64,000 nt of DNA from Candidatus Bruticola sp. (GTDB taxonomy: Bacteria; Vulcanimicrobiota; Xenobia; Xenobiales; Xenobiaceae): NCBI GenBank assembly GCA_051874735.1, contig JBJEGD010000013.1:32001-96000 (forward strand), read 5' to 3'. Numbering within the stretch: position 1 is the stretch's first letter; each line of letters opens with the position of its first letter. The notes beneath the pieces were generated by a model that worked only from the letters and a program-made list of their open reading frames with translations, ran no database searches and was not told the origin of the DNA. Positions 49,086 through 59,387 of the stretch are shown here, one piece after another. The translations under genes were made by a program, and so were the position numbers.

Positions 49086-49372
49086 GAAGCATCCAACCTT
49101 TCATCAATTTATTCCGTCTGGGAAGACCGACAAAGAACTTATTTAATAAATATACCTTCTTTGCTTCAGTATTTCAAACTAGCGGTCTAAAACTACTTAA
49201 AAAGTTAGCATAATTGTTTAGTTTATAAATTATAGCGGTGGAATAGACGCTTTACCCTCTATTTTGTGAAAAAAGCTCTTCCTATCTGTAAGTTTTCAAC
49301 TTACTATTAGGAAGAGCTTGGTTACTTAAAAAACAAAAAAGGCCAATTTAGCCGTCTATTTGTTTATAACAA

Positions 49373-50602
49373 TTAGGCTAAGGCGTGATTGACGATTGAA
49401 TCGCGCAGCTTAGGTTCGAACCAAGTCGACTTAGGAGGCATAATCTCGCCCGCATCGGCTATATCCATAAGTTCTTGCAAACTGACGGGGCGCATAGAGA
49501 AAGCCACCTGCGCGCGTCCCTCATCAACTCTCTTGACTAGTTCCTCAGTACCTCTGATGCCGCCCACGAAATCGATGCGTTCATTGGTGCGTGGGTCGTC
49601 AATAGCTAAAATAGGATTGAGAATATTTTCCTGCAGAACTGCGGCATCGAGTTTCTGAGCAGGGGTGGCTGCTTTTTCTTTGAGGGAAGTAAGATCTAAA
49701 TCGTACCACTTACCGGCTAAATACATACTTACATGGCCGTCTTTTTCGGGCTCTGGAGTAGCATTAGCTTCTACAGGTACAACGTTTTTTAGTTTGGCTA
49801 AAAACTCTTCAGCACTGTGGCCATTGAGATCGGCCACTACGCGGTTATAGGCCATAATTTTAAGCTGATTGTCAGGGAAGGCCACCGCTAAGAAGAAATT
49901 CGCCGCTTCATTGCCTGTCCAGTTAGCATTTTCAGAACGAAGTTTAGCTCTGGTGCGGCTGGCTGAGGCTGCCCGGTGGTGGCCGTCGGCAATATAAAGG
50001 GCGGGGATTTTGGCAAATTCGGCGATAAGGTCAGCGCAATCTGTCAGTTTCCAGGCTGTGTGGCGAATACCGTCAGGAGCTGTAAAATTGTAGAGAGGTT
50101 CAGCAGCAGTTGCCTGACTGACTAGGGAGTCAATTTCCGGTCTAGCTTTATATGTCAAGAAGACGGGACCAGTTTGGGCTTTAGTAGTGATAATATGATT
50201 GGTGCGGTCATCCTCTTTAGCTTTGCGCGTCTTTTCGTGTTTTTTTATAAGATTGTTATCGTACTCGTCTACTGAGAAAGTGGCGGCGATACCAGTTTGA
50301 ATATGGTTACCCATTTGCTGCTGATAAATGTATACGGCGGGAGTGTCATCGGTAAAGAGAGCACCTTCGCTGCAGAGCTTTTGCAAATTTTCAGCAGCTT
50401 TAGCGTAGACGGCTGGATCGTAAGCATCTGTGGAGTCAGGAAGATCAATTTCAGCGCGAGACACATGAATAAAGCTCAGGGGATGACCTTCACCTAACGC
50501 TTTAGCTTCTTGGCGATCTACAACATCGTAGGGGACTTCGGCTACTTGGGCCACATACTGAGGGTGAGGACGCAGGGCTCGGAAAGGACGTAAAACGGAC
50601 AT
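49373..50602 (-). CDS. DUF1015 family protein
   Basis: PYDV, KKHEKT, YIADGHHR, MPPKSTWFEPKLR. Confidence 0.9.
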   Translation of the reverse strand: MSVLRPFRALRPHPQYVAQVAEVPYDVVDRQEAKALGEGHPLSFIHVSRAEIDLPDSTDAYDPAVYAKAAENLQKLCSEGALFTDDTPAVYIYQQQMGNHIQTGIAATFSVDEYDNNLIKKHEKTRKAKEDDRTNHIITTKAQTGPVFLTYKARPEIDSLVSQATAAEPLYNFTAPDGIRHTAWKLTDCADLIAEFAKIPALYIADGHHRAASASRTRAKLRSENANWTGNEAANFFLAVAFPDNQLKIMAYNRVVADLNGHSAEEFLAKLKNVVPVEANATPEPEKDGHVSMYLAGKWYDLDLTSLKEKAATPAQKLDAAVLQENILNPILAIDDPRTNERIDFVGGIRGTEELVKRVDEGRAQVAFSMRPVSLQELMDIADAGEIMPPKSTWFEPKLRDSIVNHALA

Positions 50603-50732
50603 TTTCTATCACCTTTACATTTAATATCGAAGGCGTAACTTTTACATATAAAATAAAAAAACCTGCATAATTAGTTTTTGTAATTATGCAGATTTTTTTT
50701 GTCTCAGTTGTTTTGCCTATATATACATTAGG

Positions 50733-51725
50733 TTACTTAGGAAGCAGTTGAATAGCGTTGATGGTATTTTTGCTAAGGTAAATGGCTCTCCACAAATCGC
50801 CCCCGTTAGTGGTTAGATATATATTTCCTGTAATAGTTGAGAAGGCGAAAGTACGTTCTCCCAGAGCACTTATAGAGGTGATGCGCTGGTTATTGAGAGA
50901 AGGCAGGCCGACATTTTTTACCTGCCAGGTGTCTCCTCCGTCTTGGGAGCAGATTATGAGTTGAGCCCCATTATCATCGCGCATTTGGCTGAGACTGGCC
51001 ATAATTAAATTAGGATTGTAAGGGGCTATGGCGATGCGCCGAGCAAAATTATAGGGAATACCGTGGCTAAGCTGGGTCCAGGTTGAGCCTAAATCGTCGG
51101 AACGGAAAATTCCCGTTGAAGTAGCCGAAAAAATGCGGTTAGGGGCTAGAGCGTGAATGGCGAAATCATTGACCTCTTTCCCTACGCTTACTGGCCGTTC
51201 AGACCAGGTTAAGCCTCCATCTAAACTTCCCATAAAGCCGCCTTGAGCTACAGAGGCGAAAACTACATTGGGATGAAGAGGGTGCTGGCGCAGCTTAGTG
51301 ACGGAAGCACGGTAGGGAGGTACAGGATATATCCATTCGTCTGAACTGGGCAAAGCATTAAAACTGGGAAGTTTTTGCCAGCGCAATCCGGCTGTTTTAC
51401 TTTTGTAAATTGAAGGCGGCTGGGTGCCTACGTACATAATCATAGGAGATTTGGGATGAGAGCTGATGGCTGTAATGTTGAGTCCGTCCAGTCCTTCTAC
51501 AGTTGTCATCCAATTTTCGCCGTCTTTAGTTTTATGAATTGAGCCTTGAGAAGAGGCGGCTAAAATTGAGCCGCGCGGATCTGTTAGCACAGCTTGTATA
51601 TTGCGGGCCTGATGAGCATGAGAAACTAAGGCCCAGGTGTCAATATCTCGTTCTCCTTCTCGTAAAACAATAATTCCGCGTGTCGTTCCTATCGCTATAC
51701 GCATAATAATTGCCGCCTTTACCAC
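50733..51725 (-). CDS. BNR/Asp-box repeat beta-propeller protein
   Basis: Repeated S.DGG.TW-like boxes (SLDGGLTW, SDDLGSTW, SQDGGDTW, TTNGGDLW); no clear signal peptide. Confidence 0.8.
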   Translation of the reverse strand: MVKAAIIMRIAIGTTRGIIVLREGERDIDTWALVSHAHQARNIQAVLTDPRGSILAASSQGSIHKTKDGENWMTTVEGLDGLNITAISSHPKSPMIMYVGTQPPSIYKSKTAGLRWQKLPSFNALPSSDEWIYPVPPYRASVTKLRQHPLHPNVVFASVAQGGFMGSLDGGLTWSERPVSVGKEVNDFAIHALAPNRIFSATSTGIFRSDDLGSTWTQLSHGIPYNFARRIAIAPYNPNLIMASLSQMRDDNGAQLIICSQDGGDTWQVKNVGLPSLNNQRITSISALGERTFAFSTITGNIYLTTNGGDLWRAIYLSKNTINAIQLLPK

Positions 51726-51967
51726 GCCTGTCGGGCAAAAAAATTTAATTCAAAGAGCTGTTGGGCATATCCATCCGCCCAGTATCCAGCTAGCGCAGGA
51801 GATTTTGGCAAGATTGATTTTTACTCCTGCTTAAAAATTTTTTAGCTCGAATTTGCCGTTTATGCTAGGCTGATCAGTTCAGCAGCTATCTATAGCAGGT
51901 TTTCCCCTGTTTTTGGTCGTATGAGAGGGCCGTCAGTTTACTATATTTTTTTTGAGGAGAAAGCATA

Positions 51968-52654
51968 ATGAAACTTGTTATGGTACGTCATGGCCAGAGC
52001 ATGTGGAACTTAGAAAATCGTTTCACAGGTTGGACAGATGTAGATCTCAGCGAAAATGGCATTAAAGAAGCTGAAGAAGCCGGACATTTACTTAAAGCTA
52101 ACGGTTTTTCTTTCGACATGGCTTTTACTTCCGTTTTGAGAAGAGCTAACCACACTTTGGAACTCATTCTTAAAGAGCTTGGTGAGAGCAATATCCCCAT
52201 TAAATACACTTGGCGGTTAAATGAGCGCCACTATGGTGCCCTTCAGGGACTCAATAAAGATGAAACTCGGGCCAAATATGGGGCTGAGCAGGTTCATATT
52301 TGGCGCCGAAGCGCCGATGTCCGTCCGCCGGCCTTGGATAAAGATGACGAGCGTTATCCAGGAAACGATCCTAAATACAAAGATCTGACTCCGGAGCAGC
52401 TTCCTCTCACTGAGCACCTGCTTGACACTGTCGATCGCGTTGTACCTTATTGGGATTCCGATATTAAGCCGGCTCTTTTAGCTGGTAAAAAGTGCATTAT
52501 TGCCGCTCATGGTAACAGCATCAGAGCCTTGGTCAAATACATTGAGAATATTGGCACTAAAGAAATTATGGACGTCGAAATTCCTACTGGCAAACCCTTA
52601 GTTTACGAGCTCGATGACAAAACTTTAGCTTTTGTCAAAAAGTATTACCTGTAG
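51968..52654 (+). CDS. gpmA: 2,3-bisphosphoglycerate-dependent phosphoglycerate mutase
   Basis: [25 protein letters not shown]. Confidence 0.96.
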   Translation: MKLVMVRHGQSMWNLENRFTGWTDVDLSENGIKEAEEAGHLLKANGFSFDMAFTSVLRRANHTLELILKELGESNIPIKYTWRLNERHYGALQGLNKDETRAKYGAEQVHIWRRSADVRPPALDKDDERYPGNDPKYKDLTPEQLPLTEHLLDTVDRVVPYWDSDIKPALLAGKKCIIAAHGNSIRALVKYIENIGTKEIMDVEIPTGKPLVYELDDKTLAFVKKYYL

Positions 52655-52720
52655 CTTTTTTGGTGGTTGACATCCGTCCACCGCTTTTTTAGTTGAGGTT
52701 GTTGTCGGCCGTTATTAAAT

Positions 52721-52764
52721 AAAGCCCGCCCAACTTACCCTTACGGGCAACTGGGGCGGGCTTT
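52721..52764. terminator. Bidirectional terminator
   Basis: AAAGCCCGCCC...GGGCGGGCTTT between convergent genes. Confidence 0.7.
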
Positions 52765-52847
52765 GTTTTCGTTGGTCTTCAATTTTTTATATCGAGTTGA
52801 TATAGGTCAAGCTGCTTGAAGACGGACGTCTGAGGTTATTTTTTTTG

Positions 52848-53372
52848 CTATAAATATTTTTTGATAATTTTTTCAAATACTTCTTTGTCAGCGTAACCAA
52901 CATGGCAGTATCTGATATTTCCTTGGCGGTCAATAATTAAGGTGGTGGGAATACCCTGAATTTCTCCTATTTTCTGCTCAACAGCTTTTATTGCTTTCGG
53001 ATTAGAGTTCCCCAGAATAGAGGGATAATTTAAGCTCTTTTTTTGAGCAAACTGTTGGTGTTTAGTTGCATCGTCGTCCAGGGAAATACCTATTATCTGC
53101 AGTCCTTGGCTTCCGTATTGTTCTTGCAGGGCGATAAAACCGGGGATTTCTTGACGGCAGGGGGGACACCAGGTGGCCCAGAAGTCTACGATTAAAACTT
53201 TGCCGAGATATTTTGAAGTATCAACAGATTGGCCGTTGTAGCTAGTACCGGTAATGGTGGGAAGTTTGCCCAAATTTTGTTCAGCGTTGTTTGCCTGAAC
53301 TTTGGGAGTGCAGGCTATTAGGGCAAAGATGCTAACGCTTATAATAAGCAGTGCGTACAGATATCTTTTCAT
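52848..53372 (-). CDS. TlpA/ResA-family thiol-disulfide oxidoreductase lipoprotein
   Basis: Lipobox LIAC; FWATWCPPC; IPTT; ATG 53372 preferred. Confidence 0.88.
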   Translation of the reverse strand: MKRYLYALLIISVSIFALIACTPKVQANNAEQNLGKLPTITGTSYNGQSVDTSKYLGKVLIVDFWATWCPPCRQEIPGFIALQEQYGSQGLQIIGISLDDDATKHQQFAQKKSLNYPSILGNSNPKAIKAVEQKIGEIQGIPTTLIIDRQGNIRYCHVGYADKEVFEKIIKKYL

Positions 53373-53554
53373 AAACGTTTCCTTTCGGCTCGCTCTGAAC
53401 ACCACATTAAGTTTATAATGGATATGGTAGTTAGCGAGCGTTTAATTAGTTCCTCTAGTATAAAATATTCTCAATAATCAGGTTTTTTCTTCTTTAAAAT
53501 TAAAAAATTATAATCGAATTAAGCAGAGGGAACAGAAAGAGGTTAGCGTTTGTA

Positions 53555-54616
53555 ATGCTGTTGTATCCTTTAAAGTTAAAACCTTATTTGGCATCCCGCC
53601 TTTGGGGAGGGAGTTATTTAGCAAAACATTATGTGCGCTCTGCTCCGCAAACGGATAGTATAGGTGAAATTTGGATTATCGACGGTGAACAGCCGGTCGT
53701 TAATGGCGCTTATACGGGGCTCACCCTCAACGAATTATACAAACGTTTTCCTCGTCAATTTGGTAACGATGGCCACTGCAAAGATTTTCCTCTGCTAATA
53801 AAATGGCTGCGGGCGCAGCAGTGGCTTTCAGTGCAGGTCCATCCACCAGACAATTTAGCGGCTTCACTTAGTGGGGGCGACCAAGGTAAAGAAGAAGCTT
53901 GGTATGTAACTGAGGCGGATCCCGGAGCTCAGCTTATTTTAGGGGTCCATCCGTCAGTTCGATGCAGTCAGATCTTGAGTTTAGCTGGTCTTGATATGAC
54001 GTCTTTATTAAGTAAAATAAGGCCTGCTGTAGGAGACTGCCTCCATATAAAACCTGGGTTAATCCATGCTTTAGGGCCCGGGCTAACCGTTCTTGAAGTG
54101 CAGCAAAATTGTCATTTAACTTACCGACTGTACGATTGGGATCGTTTAGAAGTAGACGGTCATCCCCGCGAACTTCATTTGGCTGAGGCCACCGCGGTGT
54201 TGCGCAGTTGCTGGCCTGTTAATTTGCCTAGCTCAGAAAAATCTGCTTCTAAGGTTTGTGGCACGGAAAACTTTGGCCGTTCATCGGACAAAGATAAAAA
54301 AATGACCACTGGTTTTTTGACATGCTCTAAACTGTCGCAATACGCCCCTCCTATAGGTAAAGTCTTGCTTACCGCAAAAAATTTCCGCTTAGAGGTTATA
54401 ACCTTGGCTGCAGAGTCTATAAAGTGGCTTACTGACGATATTTGTTCAGAAATTATTATTTGTACTAAAGGATGTTTGCAGGTTTATTTGCATGGGGAGT
54501 TCGAAGAGCTCAGATGCGGCGAAGCTTGTGTTTTAGCAGCTGGATCGGTCAAGGTTGGGTTAACTGCCTGCGGAAATGGTGAAGCAGTGCGGGTTATCAG
54601 TTCCCGTTTTCAATAA
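53555..54616 (+). CDS. manA: Class I mannose-6-phosphate isomerase
   Basis: WGG, FPLLIK, LSVQVHP, KEEAW, HALG, EVQQ, TYRLYDW. Confidence 0.88.
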   Translation: MLLYPLKLKPYLASRLWGGSYLAKHYVRSAPQTDSIGEIWIIDGEQPVVNGAYTGLTLNELYKRFPRQFGNDGHCKDFPLLIKWLRAQQWLSVQVHPPDNLAASLSGGDQGKEEAWYVTEADPGAQLILGVHPSVRCSQILSLAGLDMTSLLSKIRPAVGDCLHIKPGLIHALGPGLTVLEVQQNCHLTYRLYDWDRLEVDGHPRELHLAEATAVLRSCWPVNLPSSEKSASKVCGTENFGRSSDKDKKMTTGFLTCSKLSQYAPPIGKVLLTAKNFRLEVITLAAESIKWLTDDICSEIIICTKGCLQVYLHGEFEELRCGEACVLAAGSVKVGLTACGNGEAVRVISSRFQ

Positions 54617-54691
54617 ACAAAATGCTTTCGGCGCATAACAAGTCGAAGAGCGGTCGGCTGTACTGTTTCTATTGAGCTGTTTTAAGAGAGG

Positions 54692-56089
54692 TTGGGGCTT
54701 GAGGTGGAGTTTGTATCTCCTTACGATAATTTAGCTTTCAGAAAATTGGGGCTGAGCGCGTCTGCGTCTTGGGAAGAAATAGAGGGACAGCTGGCCTGTC
54801 TGCGCCGTCTTATTGAAGAAGTTAATAATCACAACAAAGGCGGGCAGAAAAAAATAAGCTTAGCTAAAGATGCAACTGAGTCTGAAGAAGATTGGTTAGA
54901 GGCCTGTTTGAACTGTCCGGCTGGAGAAGAACTTCTCGATCGGGCTGGAGCGACTAATCTGCCTTGGTTAGAAATGGTCTCGATCAGTCGCAGTGGGGCC
55001 GATGAGATAGAAGAACAGTTAAAAAACGATTCTGTACGCCTTATGAATCGTCTGTTTTGGTATCACTGTCAGGGCAAAGAAGATGAACAGGCTATAAAAT
55101 TTATTCACGAAGGTCAAACTGAACAAGCTGTCAAGCTTTGGATTGAGGTAGGAACTTCTGCTTCGGCCACCGCTTCTGTAAAAGCGTCCGCTCTACATAA
55201 TTTAGCTATTTTGTATCATACTAGAGCGTATGCGGCTCCGCGAGGCAAAGAATGTGCTCAACAAGATCTTAAAGAAGCTGCTCGTTGGTGGAACCGAGTG
55301 TTGGAAAATAAGTATCTGCCTTTTATACTCAGCGATGGTGAAGCCTTTCAATCGTACGTTTTAAACGGCGGAGCAGATGAGGAAGATAGCCAAACTTATA
55401 GCCAGATCTTAGAACAAGCTCGTGAACTTATTCCTAAAATTTACCGCTATATTCCCCAGCTACTGAGCTTTGAGCGCTGTCGTCTCAGTGGACAGTACGA
55501 GGAAGGGGCTAAGCAGATCAATTTCGCTAAAGATAATGTAGCTTTGCCTGTAGAGATGGATTTGCGCGACTATCAGGCGACTAAAGCCCGTATTTCTGTA
55601 GCTTTGTCGGAAGCTGATTATTTTACTGCTCACGGCCAGTTTCAGCAGGCGTCTCGTCTTATTGAAGAGGCTCGCAGTGAAGTAAATACCGATGAAATTG
55701 CTCTATTAAATACTAGTATTTTACATGTGGAGAATAGGCGAGTTGTGCGCGGCTTAATGCCAGTTACTGAAGTCCCCAAACTTTCTTCTCGGGTAGCCTT
55801 TGGCTTTAATCTGGGACGTTTGCGCAATTTCGACGAAAAGACGCGCAGTTTTTCTGCCCGTTTAGCCTGGACTTTTTTCTTTATTCCGCTTTGGTATATC
55901 GCTCGATATCGGGTCCGTCAGGAAGTTTCAGGACGCTGGGTTTTTATGGGACGCTACGTTCACGATCCGCTCATTTCTATTTATAACTTTATAGCGTGTA
56001 TTCTGCTTATTGTGGTGTTGGTTACCATATTGTTGCTTGGTTTGCGCTTCGGACTTTCTGTCGATGTTGGCAGTGCGGTTAAGGTTTAA
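54692..56089 (+). CDS. Hypothetical protein: J-domain-like N-terminus (no HPD), TPR-like helices, C-terminal membrane anchor
   Basis: AFRKLGLSASASWEEI; RLMNRLFWY; LHNLAILYH; WTFFFIPL..IARYRV; hydrophobic C-terminus. Confidence 0.6.
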   Translation: MGLEVEFVSPYDNLAFRKLGLSASASWEEIEGQLACLRRLIEEVNNHNKGGQKKISLAKDATESEEDWLEACLNCPAGEELLDRAGATNLPWLEMVSISRSGADEIEEQLKNDSVRLMNRLFWYHCQGKEDEQAIKFIHEGQTEQAVKLWIEVGTSASATASVKASALHNLAILYHTRAYAAPRGKECAQQDLKEAARWWNRVLENKYLPFILSDGEAFQSYVLNGGADEEDSQTYSQILEQARELIPKIYRYIPQLLSFERCRLSGQYEEGAKQINFAKDNVALPVEMDLRDYQATKARISVALSEADYFTAHGQFQQASRLIEEARSEVNTDEIALLNTSILHVENRRVVRGLMPVTEVPKLSSRVAFGFNLGRLRNFDEKTRSFSARLAWTFFFIPLWYIARYRVRQEVSGRWVFMGRYVHDPLISIYNFIACILLIVVLVTILLLGLRFGLSVDVGSAVKV

Positions 56090-56144
56090 ATTTATATAAA
56101 GGAAGCAGATTTATATTTAGAAAGGCATAGGGCTGGCGGTTTAT

Positions 56145-59100
56145 ATGAAAGCAGTTGTTAATACCGGCAAAAATAAGCGAACTGATAACACCAGAGAAGA
56201 TAAAAACCTTAATGATGTAGTGAAGAGCGGCCATATCGCTAACCATCATCTGCTTCCTAAACTTAAATCGGTAGCTGTACGCCGTTTTCTAGCTAGTACT
56301 CAAGATTATTTTGGCGTCTTAAGTGAAGCTGGCCAAGCAGACACTCCCTACGGAAAGGTACCGTATTTAGCTCAAGTTGTTTTAGGAGAGAGCAAAGCGG
56401 TGCTTCTGGAGTATAAAAAATCTTTAGATAGCACTCAGGGGCGTTTAGCTATATCTTTTCTGCTAGTCGAACGTTGGTCGGAGTTTCGCTTAATATTGGT
56501 TAACCATATTGGCCAGCCACTTTATGAAACGGCCCCTGCTTATTATTGGAATGCTCTGGAAATGCCATCTCTAAGCCGCAATTTCCTTTTAGCCTGTTAC
56601 ATAAAATTTTATCAGCTGAGCTTAGAAGGTCGCACATCCCTTACTTCAATTGAGTTAAGAAAATTTGATTTAGTTAATTTTGTCATTCAATTTCTGCAAG
56701 AAGGCAACATGCTCACGAAAGCTGTTAGCGAACTTGAGGAAAAAAGAGCTGATATAGCTCGTCCTCAGCCTTTTTTTGCCGATTTGCAGGCCAGTGCCGT
56801 TTTTGGATTATATTTGGCTTCTTGCGTTAGTTACGATGGACCCTCGGAAATTAGTTTTCAAGATGGACTGCCTTTGGTAAATTACCCTTTGTCTAAAGGG
56901 ATTTTAATTTTTAAAGTAGGTCTTCTAGCCCATTATATTTTGAAAAATCCGGCTTCGAAAGCGGCTTTGCCTGGAGCTGTCAGAGCGGTAGTAAGCCAAA
57001 TATCTAATCCCTGTCTTTGTGTTGGAGCAGAGTACAGCCCTTATCTTGATTGGCAGGATAAAATTGTGGACTTCGCTTCTGTTAAAGCGGAGCAGAATGA
57101 ATGTGCTGCTTCCTCTGACGGGGCTAGCTACAGGAACGCTCCCTTTGTAGTGGCTCGCCATCTTCTCTTAGAATGGCGTTCCCAGCAGCATGAAGTGGAG
57201 AAAAATGAAACTGGCAATAAGATAAAATTGTACCAATATTGGCTTTGTCCGGCTTGTGGCAATTTTACTACGGTTGAACGAGAAGCCGTGCCTCCTACAG
57301 GAGCGGATATTGCCGAATTAGCTAAAGAATTGGTCAAATATACGGCCTCTCTTGAAGATCATTTATGCAGTCACTGTCGCCATAGTTTAGATATTCTGTG
57401 TCTTCAGTACACAGCTCTCGACTTTGTCTGGCCTTGGCCTGGTGTGGAACTGCTGCTGGAGATGGCGCGTACTCCTACTGATGGACGTCTGCTGCGGGGA
57501 TGGGGGTGGATAAGGCTCTCCGATTTAAACAATACAGCCAAGTTCTGCAGCTGTAGTGATTCGCTTAATGAAGACAGTCTGTATAACCATTTCAAACGCT
57601 TCAGCTCTTTAATGGTTCGCACTCGAGAATTAATACGTTCCGCTTTGAGTCAGCTTAGCTACGTTGAAGAGACATCCTTGGTACAAATGCTGCCAATGGG
57701 CGGTTCTTTATTCTTGCGTTTGGAAAATGCCTCACAAGGTACTGCTAATAATTCTGAACAGGAGGAGGGCCATTTTGTTGAGCTTGAAGGCAAACAGTAT
57801 TTCGTATTTCCTATAGACTTAACTAACCCGGTTTTTGCGATGCCAGCCAACTTTATTAAGCTGGATAAGATTTTAAAAGCGCGTTACTACCTCGATTGGA
57901 CTGCTTTCGTTTTATTTTCTCAAGAGCATTTCAACTATATATTCCAGGTAGAAGGCAGAGAAATTAGGATTAACTGGATTGGCTCACATAAGCAAAAAAT
58001 AGAAGTCTCTAGTAAAAAAGCGTTTTTCAGTCGCAATTTAGCCGAGTTAGCCTCCCAAGCTTTTTACAGCGGATATTATCCGGAGGAAATGTTGGTTAGA
58101 GGCTGTGCTGAAGACTACAAAATTTTCCAGGAGCAAGAAGATGTTTTCGATTGGGCCGAGCATCTTCAAGCTGGAGGGGAGCCTGTGCGCTGTGAAGCCG
58201 AGGGACGCGCCTATGCTTTGTCTACTGGTGAGGAGGTTCGAAAGGTCAGCGCTGAGGAATTGCATGAAGCTTTGGAAAAACCGATGCGTTTAGCTAAGTT
58301 TACTTTTTCTAAAGCGCCCATAAATTTGCATCGCTGCCGTTGTGGCCTGGAGGCAGTACCAAGTATAGAATTCGTCGACTCTTCTCTGTTTAGTCATTTG
58401 AAGTACATAAAATATGAAAAAAAGTTAGACTATATTGTTAAAGATCCTAACCATAAGTTAAACACCGAGATGTTCAGCCGCTATGAAGAGCTTGATAAGA
58501 ACAGGGAAAAGGCTCTCAAAGCTTCCGGAGGAAAATTGGCTGTAGCTTTAGTAGAAATCGAGTCTCTGTCTAGAAGGTCTAAAAAAGTGCCGGGCACTTT
58601 CCAGCGTACCGGTCAGATGATGCCTTCAGAAAATGAAGCATTATTTTTAGAAGCGTTTAAAAAATGGTTCCCTAGAATGGATGAGGTGCGCCTCATTAAT
58701 AAACAAAAAGTTAAAACTTCTTATTTGCAGCCGGTTTGGGCTATGCGCTGTCCTTACCATGTTGTGTATATGAATCCGTCTTCTGGATCGATCCCCAGTC
58801 TATCTTCCCGGCGTCTTTTCAGTTTAGATAGACTGAGCGGTATCTTTTCAGTATATAAATTTAGGCGTTTGTGGGTTGTTTATGGCCCCAATGCTTCATT
58901 TGTAGCACTCGATCCGAGGTTGGCAGTAGGAGTAGCTCAAGCTGGCAATATTAACTTAGACGATTTTTTCAAAGTGGCGGTGCCTCATCAGAATGTAGTT
59001 ATATTGAGCGATTTAGAAACGGATAATGAAGATTTACTGGAAGTATGGCACCGTTTCTGTTGGCGTTTTCGGCAATTTCAAGGAGCAGCTAAAGACTTTT

Positions 59101-59171
59101 TCCTTTATGAAAGAGCTTGTTTTTGTGGAGTAGCGGCGGGCAGATTCCAGGTTAAGGTCTATCCTCTTTAG
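56145..59171 (+). CDS. Large hypothetical protein with Cys motifs (CPACG, CSHC)
   Basis: 1008-codon uninterrupted ORF; no recognised catalytic motif. Confidence 0.75.
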   Translation: MKAVVNTGKNKRTDNTREDKNLNDVVKSGHIANHHLLPKLKSVAVRRFLASTQDYFGVLSEAGQADTPYGKVPYLAQVVLGESKAVLLEYKKSLDSTQGRLAISFLLVERWSEFRLILVNHIGQPLYETAPAYYWNALEMPSLSRNFLLACYIKFYQLSLEGRTSLTSIELRKFDLVNFVIQFLQEGNMLTKAVSELEEKRADIARPQPFFADLQASAVFGLYLASCVSYDGPSEISFQDGLPLVNYPLSKGILIFKVGLLAHYILKNPASKAALPGAVRAVVSQISNPCLCVGAEYSPYLDWQDKIVDFASVKAEQNECAASSDGASYRNAPFVVARHLLLEWRSQQHEVEKNETGNKIKLYQYWLCPACGNFTTVEREAVPPTGADIAELAKELVKYTASLEDHLCSHCRHSLDILCLQYTALDFVWPWPGVELLLEMARTPTDGRLLRGWGWIRLSDLNNTAKFCSCSDSLNEDSLYNHFKRFSSLMVRTRELIRSALSQLSYVEETSLVQMLPMGGSLFLRLENASQGTANNSEQEEGHFVELEGKQYFVFPIDLTNPVFAMPANFIKLDKILKARYYLDWTAFVLFSQEHFNYIFQVEGREIRINWIGSHKQKIEVSSKKAFFSRNLAELASQAFYSGYYPEEMLVRGCAEDYKIFQEQEDVFDWAEHLQAGGEPVRCEAEGRAYALSTGEEVRKVSAEELHEALEKPMRLAKFTFSKAPINLHRCRCGLEAVPSIEFVDSSLFSHLKYIKYEKKLDYIVKDPNHKLNTEMFSRYEELDKNREKALKASGGKLAVALVEIESLSRRSKKVPGTFQRTGQMMPSENEALFLEAFKKWFPRMDEVRLINKQKVKTSYLQPVWAMRCPYHVVYMNPSSGSIPSLSSRRLFSLDRLSGIFSVYKFRRLWVVYGPNASFVALDPRLAVGVAQAGNINLDDFFKVAVPHQNVVILSDLETDNEDLLEVWHRFCWRFRQFQGAAKDFFLYERACFCGVAAGRFQVKVYPL

Positions 59172-59387
59172 GATAAAATTTAATTTTTGCTTCAGCATTT
59201 TATAAAGCTGGCATATAAAAAGAGGTTGAAGTGTTAGCCGGAAAAAATATGTTGAACTGAACCGACCGGGTAGGCTACGCTTTCAAAAAAAGGAAGCCAG
59301 CTGTACAGTGAGAAGTCTGTCCCCAATTTTGGAATGTTGGTGCAGTTTTAGTTGGGGGGCAGCAAGTTCGGAATTAAGGAGAAGTAT

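Noticed and set aside
49373-50602. DUF1015 gene without neighbouring serC/serA
   Set aside because: Common family often found unlinked; nothing in the sequence suggests a new system.
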